A stretch of 64,000 nucleotides of DNA from positions 1,822,741 through 1,886,740 of the forward strand of contig OY760861.2 in NCBI GenBank assembly GCA_963664025.2. The letters run 5' to 3'. Of this stretch, positions 24,727 to 31,962 are shown in pieces. The position numbers and the translations under genes are program-made. The notes under the pieces were generated by a model. The model worked only from the letters and a program-made list of their open reading frames with translations. It did not search any database and was not told where the DNA came from. The first letter of the stretch is position 1. Each line of letters opens with the position of its first letter. Source of the stretch: Tepidiformaceae bacterium. Its GTDB lineage: Bacteria; Chloroflexota; Dehalococcoidia; Tepidiformales; Tepidiformaceae.

Positions 24727-26262
24727 ATGACGAAGACCGTGCAGGAGCGCCTGGCGGAACTGAACGAGCGCAAGGACGAGGCCCGCGCGGGCGGCGGCGA
24801 GCGGCGCGTCGAGGCGCAGCACAACCGCGGCAAGCTGACCGCGCGCGAGCGCATCGAGCTGCTGCTGGACGAGGGCACGTTCGAGGAGATCGACGCGCTC
24901 GTGCGTCCGCGCGGGGCGGAGCGCGGGCCGGAGGCGGTGGTGACGGGCTGGGGGCGCATTGAGGGGCGGCCGGTGTACCTGTTCTCCTACGACTTCACGG
25001 TGTCGGGGGGATCGCTGAGCGAGACGGTGGGGGAGAAGATCCTGAAGGTGATGGACCTGGCGCTGATGACGGGCGCGCCGATCGTGGGCATCCAGGATTC
25101 GGGCGGGGCGCGCATCCAGGACGGGCCGGAGAGCCTGCGCGGCTTCGGCGAGATGTTCGCGATGAACACGCTGGCGAGCGGCGTCGTGCCGCAGATCAGC
25201 GTGATCATGGGGCCGTGCGCGGGCGGGGCGGTCTACAGCCCCGCGATCACGGACTTCATCTTCATGACGGCGGGCACGGGGCAGATGTACATCACGGGGC
25301 CGGACGTGATCCGCAACGTGACGGGCGAGGAGATCGACCACGAGACGCTGGGCGGGGCGAGCATCCACGCGACGCGCTCGGGGGTGGCCCACTTCGCCAT
25401 CGAGGGGGAGGAGGAGACGCTGGCGGAGGTGCGGCGGCTGCTCGCCTTCCTGCCCTCGAACAACGCGGAGGACGCGCCCTTCGTCCCGACGGAGCATCCG
25501 GCGCACCTGCCGGACGAGGAGCTGCTGACGATCGTGCCGGACGAGCCGAACCGGCCCTACGACGTGCGCGAGATCATCGACCGCATCGTGGACGACGGGG
25601 ATTTCCTGGAGGTGCACGAGAGCTACGCGCAGAACGTGGTGGTGGGCTTCGCGCGCATGGGCGGGCAGACGGTCGGGTTCGTGGGGAACCAGCCGATGCA
25701 CCTGGCGGGGGTGCTGGACATCGAGGCGAGCCGCAAGGCGGCGCGGTTCGTGCGCACGTGCGACTGCTTCAACATCCCGATCATCACGCTGGTCGACATC
25801 CCCGGGTACCTGCCGGGGTCGTCGCAGGAGTACGGGGGCATCATCACGCACGGGGCGAAGCTGCTGTTCGCCTACAGCGAGGCGACGGTGCCGAAGATCG
25901 CGGTGGTGCTGCGGAAGGCGTACGGCGGGGCCTACCTGGTGATGTCGAGCAAGCACCTGCGGGGGGACATGAACTTCGCGTGGCCGGCGGCGGAGGTGGC
26001 GGTGATGGGGCCGGAGCAGGCGGTGGGCATCATCAACCGGCGCGAGATCGCGGAGGCGGAGGACCCGGAGGCGAAGCGCGAGGAGCTGGCGGAGGACTTC
26101 CGCACGCGCTTCGGGAACCCGTACATCCCGGCGGGGCGGGGCTTCGTGGACGACGTGATCGACCCGCGGGAGACGCGGGGCAAGATCGTGACGGCGCTGG
26201 AGATGCTGCGGAACAAGGCGGACCGCAACCCGCCGAAGAAGCACGGCAACATCCCGCTGTAG
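24727..26262 (+). CDS. acyl-CoA carboxylase carboxyltransferase subunit (propionyl-CoA carboxylase beta / methylmalonyl-CoA carboxyltransferase 12S type)
   Basis: AAGGAGAG RBS. RGKLTARERIELLLDEGTFEE, DSGGARIQDG and GGAYLVM motifs. Confidence 0.9.
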   Translation: MTKTVQERLAELNERKDEARAGGGERRVEAQHNRGKLTARERIELLLDEGTFEEIDALVRPRGAERGPEAVVTGWGRIEGRPVYLFSYDFTVSGGSLSETVGEKILKVMDLALMTGAPIVGIQDSGGARIQDGPESLRGFGEMFAMNTLASGVVPQISVIMGPCAGGAVYSPAITDFIFMTAGTGQMYITGPDVIRNVTGEEIDHETLGGASIHATRSGVAHFAIEGEEETLAEVRRLLAFLPSNNAEDAPFVPTEHPAHLPDEELLTIVPDEPNRPYDVREIIDRIVDDGDFLEVHESYAQNVVVGFARMGGQTVGFVGNQPMHLAGVLDIEASRKAARFVRTCDCFNIPIITLVDIPGYLPGSSQEYGGIITHGAKLLFAYSEATVPKIAVVLRKAYGGAYLVMSSKHLRGDMNFAWPAAEVAVMGPEQAVGIINRREIAEAEDPEAKREELAEDFRTRFGNPYIPAGRGFVDDVIDPRETRGKIVTALEMLRNKADRNPPKKHGNIPL

Positions 26263-26297
26263 GGCGGGCGGGCCTGCTCATTCGTCGCGCGGGGTGC

Positions 26298-26303
26298 TAG
26301 CGT
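26298..26303 (+). promoter_or_regulatory. candidate -10 box TAGCGT, 6 nt upstream of the ATG of the repeat lipoprotein gene
   Basis: The sequence reads gtgcTAGCGTggcggcATG, with no SD sequence. Confidence 0.35.
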
Positions 26304-26309
26304 GGCGGC

Positions 26310-28931
26310 ATGAGGCGTTTGTGGGGCGCAGCGCTGATCGCGCTGGCGATGGCCGCGCTGATCGCGGCGTGCGGGGGCGAGCCGGAGGCGCCGACGGCTC
26401 CCGCTACGCTCCCGGCGCCGGAACTGATCACCATCGCAACGGGTGAGGCGGGCGTGATCATCCTCGAATGGGCGGGCGGCCCCGAGAGCGCGACTGGCTG
26501 GCAGTACCGTCAGCGCCTCACCAAGCGGGGAACCTGGGGCGCATGGACAGACGTGCCAAGCAGCACGGGTACCACCAAGAGCTACCGCATCACTGGACTG
26601 GAGACCTACCGAGCCTACTACTTCCAGGTGCGGGCGGTGACTGACGCGGGATCCAGCCGGGCATCCGATGCGGTGCGGGGCCCCACTCTCGACTACGAGC
26701 AGGGGATACCCAACCTCCCCGAGGGGCAGCTTGTAGAGGGTGGCGACCGCAGGTGGCTGCTGGGCGGGATCATCGAAGTCACGATCCCGGCCGGGGTGCG
26801 GATGAAATTTGGCGGCGCCTTCACCGACGCTGGCATGTTCGCGAGTCTCTACCACCCGGAGACCGGCTCCGGGATCAGCTTCAACGTGGAGACGGGCGAA
26901 TCGAGGAGGGCGGTCGAGAGTCTGGAAGGCGCGACCGTGGACATGGATGCGGTCTTCGACCAAATCGTCGACAGCATGACACGGCGGGGCATTACGCTGC
27001 GGGAGAAGAGGCGTGCTGGAGCGCCAACCTACACCCGCCCACCGGCCAGGGAGTCCGGCGTGCAGGAACTCATCACGGTGTCTGATGGCTCGCTCGACGC
27101 CCTGCTGCTGGAGTGGACGAGCGGTCCCGAGGACGCGATCGGCTGGCAGTACCGCCAGCGTGAAACCTATGACCCTGCCTGGGGACCGTGGAGGGACGTG
27201 CCCGACAGCGGAGACGGTACCCGCAGCTACCGCGTCACCGGGCTGGAGAGCCACCTGACCTATCACTTCCAGGTGCGGGCGGTGACCGACGCGGGGCCGC
27301 GAGCAGCCTCGCTCTCGGCGAAGGGCCAAACGCCCGCCTTCAACCACAACCTCACTGACCTGGGCGAGTGGCAACTGGTAGAGGGTGGCGGCCGCAGGTG
27401 GCTGCTGGCCGGCAACATCGAAATCACGATCCCCGATGGCGCGCGAGTTTCAGCCTGCAGGGGCGAATACACCAGCAACGGCCTCTCCATCATTAGCCTG
27501 TGCCACCCGGCGAGCGGCTCCTTTCTGACGTTCGACGTGGAGACCGGTGAGTTGCTGGGCGAATGGTTAGAGTCCCCGGAAGGGGTCGATGCGAATGGCT
27601 CCGCGGTGGATGTGGCGGCGCTGTTCAACCAGATTCTCTTTTCGCTGACGCTGCGGACGCCGCCCGCCACGCCTGTTCCAACCCCCACGCCCGAGTTGTC
27701 GGACACGCTGACGTTGATCGCCGTGACCGACTCCTCGCCTGACTCCCTCCTGCTGGAGTGGACGGGAGGCCCCACAGATGCGCGCCGCTGGCAGTACCGG
27801 GTGCGCGGGGCCCTCGGGGAAACATGGGGCCCGTGGCGGGACGTGCCCGGCAGCACCGGGACCACCCGCAGCTACCGGATCCCGGGCCTCTGGCAGTTCT
27901 ACGGCTACTACTTCCAGGTGCGCCCAGTGACCGCAGCGGGATCGGGCGCCGCCTCACCGGAAAGTTTGGGGGCCACCACCCGCTGGAGTGAGGGCATGCT
28001 GAAAATCTTCCCCGAACTGATCTACGAAGGAGGCGGGCACAGGTGGCTCCTGGACTCCACCCTCGAACTCACCATCCCCGCAGGCGTGCGGGTCGTGCAA
28101 TGCGGGGGAGCGGCTACTCCCGCCAGTTACGTCTTGGTCAGCCTGTGTCATCCGGAGAGCGGCTCCACCCTGACGTTCAACGCGGAAACCGGTGAGTTGC
28201 TGAACGAACGGATACGGAGTCTGGAGGGGGCTGATGTGAGTGGCTCCGCGACGGTAGTCGAGCTGTTCAAACAGATTCCCGGCACCGTGAGGTTCCGGCC
28301 AGGGATCAGCCCCATCGAGCCGCCGCCCGTCACGCCAAAACTGATCACCGTGGCCGACGCTTCGCCTGACTCCCTGTTGCTGGAGTGGACGGACGGTCCC
28401 GCCGATGCGGTCAGCTGGCAGTACCGGCAGCGTGCGGACCGAGACGGCGCCTGGGGAATGTGGCTGAGAATGTGGAACAGCACCGGGAGCACCGGCAGCT
28501 ACCGTGTCACCGGCTTGGGACGGCACTATCCCTACTTCTTCCAGGTGCGTCCGGTGACCGACAGGGGACCGGGCCTCGCCTCGCCCGAAAGGCTGGGAGC
28601 TACTCCCTACCGGGTAGACGGCGTCCTGGCGCTCGTCCCCGGTCAGGTCGTCGAAAGCGGCGGACACAGGTGGCTCCTGCGCCGCACCATCGAACTCACT
28701 ATCCCCGCGGGCGTGCGCGTCATGGACTGTGGCGGAGGGTTCTCCGAGGATTATGTAGTGGTCAGCCTCTGTCTCCCGGGAAGCAGCTCCTACCTGGCGT
28801 TCAACGTAGAGACCGGGGAACTGGTAGACAAATGGATACGGAGTCCGGGAGACGCCGAGGCGAGCGGCTCCGAGATGGACGTGGGGGCCTTGTTCGACCA
28901 GATCCTCAGCACGATGCGGTTCCGGCCCTGA
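26310..28931 (+). CDS. lipoprotein built from four tandem ~200-aa modules (FN3-like domain + unknown ~110-aa domain)
   Basis: Lipobox LIAACGG. Four copies of LLLEW.GGP.DA.GWQYR.R...WG.W.DVP.S.G.T.SYR.TGL....Y.FQVR.VT followed by ..VEGG.RRWLL...E.TIP.G.R......SLCHP.SG..L.F..ETGEL. G+C visibly lower than flanks. Confidence 0.7.
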   Translation: MRRLWGAALIALAMAALIAACGGEPEAPTAPATLPAPELITIATGEAGVIILEWAGGPESATGWQYRQRLTKRGTWGAWTDVPSSTGTTKSYRITGLETYRAYYFQVRAVTDAGSSRASDAVRGPTLDYEQGIPNLPEGQLVEGGDRRWLLGGIIEVTIPAGVRMKFGGAFTDAGMFASLYHPETGSGISFNVETGESRRAVESLEGATVDMDAVFDQIVDSMTRRGITLREKRRAGAPTYTRPPARESGVQELITVSDGSLDALLLEWTSGPEDAIGWQYRQRETYDPAWGPWRDVPDSGDGTRSYRVTGLESHLTYHFQVRAVTDAGPRAASLSAKGQTPAFNHNLTDLGEWQLVEGGGRRWLLAGNIEITIPDGARVSACRGEYTSNGLSIISLCHPASGSFLTFDVETGELLGEWLESPEGVDANGSAVDVAALFNQILFSLTLRTPPATPVPTPTPELSDTLTLIAVTDSSPDSLLLEWTGGPTDARRWQYRVRGALGETWGPWRDVPGSTGTTRSYRIPGLWQFYGYYFQVRPVTAAGSGAASPESLGATTRWSEGMLKIFPELIYEGGGHRWLLDSTLELTIPAGVRVVQCGGAATPASYVLVSLCHPESGSTLTFNAETGELLNERIRSLEGADVSGSATVVELFKQIPGTVRFRPGISPIEPPPVTPKLITVADASPDSLLLEWTDGPADAVSWQYRQRADRDGAWGMWLRMWNSTGSTGSYRVTGLGRHYPYFFQVRPVTDRGPGLASPERLGATPYRVDGVLALVPGQVVESGGHRWLLRRTIELTIPAGVRVMDCGGGFSEDYVVVSLCLPGSSSYLAFNVETGELVDKWIRSPGDAEASGSEMDVGALFDQILSTMRFRP

Positions 28932-29031
28932 AGTGGTGAGCAGCAGCCCCGCCCCACCGGCTGGCCGTAAAGGGCGCTTGTGATAGGGTTCACGGAGGCC
29001 GCAAGCGCGGTCGCGAGGGGCTTCTCAGGGC

Positions 29032-30534
29032 ATGGGCCGGGTACGCATCACGGAGACCGCGATTCGCGACGGGCACCAGTCGCTGCTGGCCACGCGCATG
29101 CGCACGGAGGACATGATCCCGGCGCTCGAACGCATGGACGCGATCGGGTACGGGAGCATCGAGTGCTGGGGCGGGGCGACCTTCGACACGGCCATGCGCT
29201 TCCTGCTGGAAGACCCGTGGGAGCGGCTGCGCGAGGTGAAGGCGCGGCTCAAGAACACGCCCACGCAGATGCTGCTGCGCGGCCAGAACGCCGTCGGCTA
29301 CCGGCATTACGCGGATGACGTGGTGCTCGAATTCTGCGAGCGCGCGGTCGAGAACGGGATGGACATCTTCCGCATCTTCGACGCGCTCAACGACACGCGG
29401 AACCTGGAGACGGCGTTCGAGGGGGTGAAGCGGGCGGGCGGGCACGTGCAGGGCACGCTCTGCTACACGACGAGCCCCGTGCACACGGTGGAGAGCTTCG
29501 GGACGCTGGCGGACCGGCTGGTGGAGATGGGGGCGGATTCGCTCTGCATCAAGGACATGGCGGGGCTGCTGAGCCCGGTGATGGCGGAGCGGCTGGTGAC
29601 GCGCATCAAGGGCGACCATCCGGACACGCCCCTGCAGCTGCACTGCCACGACACGTCGGGGTACTCGGAGATGGCGTACCTGCTGGCGGTGCGGGCGGGG
29701 GCGGACGCGATCGACACGGCCATCAGCCCGCTGGCGGGGGGCACCTCGCAGCCGGCGACGGAGACGCTGGTGGCGGCGCTGGGCGAGGACGAGGCGGGCG
29801 GCACGGGCATCGCCCTCGGCGACCTGGTGGAGACGGCGGAGTACTTCGGGGGCGTGCGCAAGAAGTACTGGAAGCACGAGAGCAACCTGCTCGGCGTGGA
29901 TGCGGGCGTGCTGCGGCACCAGGTGCCGGGCGGCATGATCTCGAACCTCGTGGGGCAGCTGCGGGACCAGGGGCAGGAGGCGAAGCTGGGCGAGGTGCTG
30001 GAGGAGAACGCGCGCGTGCGCGCCGACCTCGGCTACCCGCCGCTGGTGACGCCGAGCTCGCAGATCGTGGGCTCGCAGGCGGTGCTGAACGTGCTCACGG
30101 GGAAGCGCTACGGCGTGGTGACGAAGGAGACGCGCAACCTCGCGCAGGGGCTCTACGGCGCGACCGCGGAGCCGATCGCGCAGGAGGTGCTGGACCTGAT
30201 CCTCGGCGACGCGCCCCGGATCGACCACCGTCCCGCGGATGACCTCGAACCGGAGATGGAGAGCGCGAAGGCGGAGATCGGCGACCTCGCCGAGAGCCCC
30301 GAGGACGTGCTCTCGTACGTGATGTTCCCGCAGCCCGCCAAGAAGTTCCTCGAATGGCGGCGGGAGGGCGGCGGTCCCGAGCGCGAGCTGGTGGCGGCGG
30401 TGGTGGGGGCGATGGCGATCAAGGAGCGCGCGCAGGCGGCGTCGCGGCCCGTGGCGGCGGGGCAGCCTTCCGAGAACGGCGCGGCCCCGGGCGGCGCGTG
30501 GCGCCAGTTCGGGCGCATGAGGCAGATGCGGTAG
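29032..30534 (+). CDS. oxaloacetate decarboxylase alpha / pyruvate carboxylase subunit B / transcarboxylase 5S-type carboxyltransferase (no biotinyl domain)
   Basis: RITETAIRDGHQSLLATRMRTEDM, ECWGGATFD and LHCHDTSGY motifs. The protein ends without an AMKM domain. Confidence 0.85.
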   Translation: MGRVRITETAIRDGHQSLLATRMRTEDMIPALERMDAIGYGSIECWGGATFDTAMRFLLEDPWERLREVKARLKNTPTQMLLRGQNAVGYRHYADDVVLEFCERAVENGMDIFRIFDALNDTRNLETAFEGVKRAGGHVQGTLCYTTSPVHTVESFGTLADRLVEMGADSLCIKDMAGLLSPVMAERLVTRIKGDHPDTPLQLHCHDTSGYSEMAYLLAVRAGADAIDTAISPLAGGTSQPATETLVAALGEDEAGGTGIALGDLVETAEYFGGVRKKYWKHESNLLGVDAGVLRHQVPGGMISNLVGQLRDQGQEAKLGEVLEENARVRADLGYPPLVTPSSQIVGSQAVLNVLTGKRYGVVTKETRNLAQGLYGATAEPIAQEVLDLILGDAPRIDHRPADDLEPEMESAKAEIGDLAESPEDVLSYVMFPQPAKKFLEWRREGGGPERELVAAVVGAMAIKERAQAASRPVAAGQPSENGAAPGGAWRQFGRMRQMR

Positions 30535-30536
30535 CG

Positions 30537-31061
30537 ATGGCGACGGTCACGATCGGCGGACGCACCTACGAGGTCGAAGTGCGCGGCGACACGGTCGTCG
30601 TGGACGGCGAGGAGTTCCCCGTGGCGATCGCGCGCGGGGAGGCGTACGACACGGTCACGGCGGGGGGCGTGAGCTACCGCGTGGCCCTTCCCCCCGAGGA
30701 CGCGCGCGAATCGGGGATGGCGATCGAGGTGGACCACCGGCCCTTCACGCTGGAGTACGAGGGGCGGCTGGGCGGCGGTCCGGCGCGGCCCGCGGCGCGG
30801 GCGGCGGGCGCGGCCAGCGGCGGCGCTCCGGCGGCGGCCTCGAACGTGCCGGGCGGCGTGGCGGCGCAGCTCTCGGGCAAGGTCTTGCGCGTCGAGGTGA
30901 AGCCGGGCGACGCCGTCGAGGCGGGGCAGCTGCTGCTCGTCCTCGAGGCGATGAAGATGGAGAACGAGATCAACGCGCCCAAGGCCGGGACCGTGAAAGC
31001 GGTTCCGGTGAGCGAGGGCGCGCAGGTGAGCGAGGGCGAGACCCTCGTCATCCTGGAGTAG
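30537..31061 (+). CDS. biotin/lipoyl attachment domain protein (biotin carboxyl carrier, 1.3S-like)
   Basis: C-terminal LLLVLEAMKMENEINAPKAGTVK (AMKM biotinylation motif). The ATG at 30537 follows the 5S stop directly. Confidence 0.85.
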   Translation: MATVTIGGRTYEVEVRGDTVVVDGEEFPVAIARGEAYDTVTAGGVSYRVALPPEDARESGMAIEVDHRPFTLEYEGRLGGGPARPAARAAGAASGGAPAAASNVPGGVAAQLSGKVLRVEVKPGDAVEAGQLLLVLEAMKMENEINAPKAGTVKAVPVSEGAQVSEGETLVILE

Positions 31062-31088
31062 GGCCGAGAGGCCGGAAGGGAGCCGCCG

Positions 31089-31511
31089 GTGCCGGTCAAG
31101 GAGCTGCGGGATCAGCGTCATACGGGCGCGGTCGCGGAGATCGCGGGGACGCGCTTCCCCTACCCGAACGAGGAGCACCCGGAACTGGAGACGCTCGTGA
31201 ACGACCCCGAGCCGTCGATGTCGGTGGGCGAATGGGCGGGCGAGCCGCTCTACCCCGACATCGTGGTGGTGCGGCGTCCGGGGCAGTGGCTGCAGTTCAT
31301 GGCGCAGATCGAGACGGCCGACACGATCACGGACGAGCAGGCGGAGGCGAAGTGGCTGCCGTACTCGAAGATGGGCGACCTGCTGCTGTACGTGCCGGCG
31401 GGGCAGGTGCAGGCGGCGAAGCGGCTCTGCCGGAAGCACGGCGTCAGCTACAAGGGCATCCGCACGTGGCGCTACCGGCCCGTGTGGGGCCTGACGATCG
31501 CCGAGGCGTAG
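31089..31511 (+). CDS. hypothetical protein
   Basis: 140-aa ORF with GTG start and GGAAGGGAG upstream. YPDIVVV...QIET is only vaguely PD-(D/E)xK-like. No family recognised. Confidence 0.45.
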   Translation: MPVKELRDQRHTGAVAEIAGTRFPYPNEEHPELETLVNDPEPSMSVGEWAGEPLYPDIVVVRRPGQWLQFMAQIETADTITDEQAEAKWLPYSKMGDLLLYVPAGQVQAAKRLCRKHGVSYKGIRTWRYRPVWGLTIAEA

Positions 31512-31519
31512 CGGCGCGC

Positions 31520-31909
31520 ATGACCGAGGCAGCCCGCCCGCTCAACGTCTTCTTCGACGTGGACCACACGCTGGTCTACACGACGCACAAGGAGAGTTCG
31601 CTGCGTCCGGGGGCGCACGAGGCGATGGCGCGCATCAAGGGCGCGGGGCACAGCGTCTACGTGTGGTCGGCGGGCGGGCAGCAGTACAGCGAGCGCACGG
31701 TGGAGCGCTTCGGGCTGACGGAGTGGGTGGACGGCTGCTTCGACAAGCACCCGCGCGTGGAGCCGCCGCCGGACCTGATCATCGACGACGACTGGTACCT
31801 GGTGGAGAAGTACGGGGGGTATTGCGTCTCGCAGTACAAGGAGGTGGACGAGAGCGACCGGGAGTTGCTGGAGGTGGTGGAGAAGCTGGCGGCGCGGGGG
31901 GACTTGTGA
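31520..31909 (+). CDS. small HAD-superfamily (FCP1/NIF-like) phosphatase
   Basis: VFFDVDHTLV (DxDxT) and VWSAGG motifs. Internal ATG at 31520 within the 31232..31909 ORF. Confidence 0.55.
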   Translation: MTEAARPLNVFFDVDHTLVYTTHKESSLRPGAHEAMARIKGAGHSVYVWSAGGQQYSERTVERFGLTEWVDGCFDKHPRVEPPPDLIIDDDWYLVEKYGGYCVSQYKEVDESDRELLEVVEKLAARGDL

Positions 31910-31962
31910 CATTATTCACGTCAGCAAGCCCACTAGACCAGATGGGACGCTAGAGGTTGGCT

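Noticed and set aside
24472-24727. tRNA-Ala as an integration hotspot for an adjacent island
   Set aside because: No integrase, no direct repeat of the tRNA 3' end, and no composition shift is visible next to the tRNA. The downstream gene is a native-looking carboxyltransferase.
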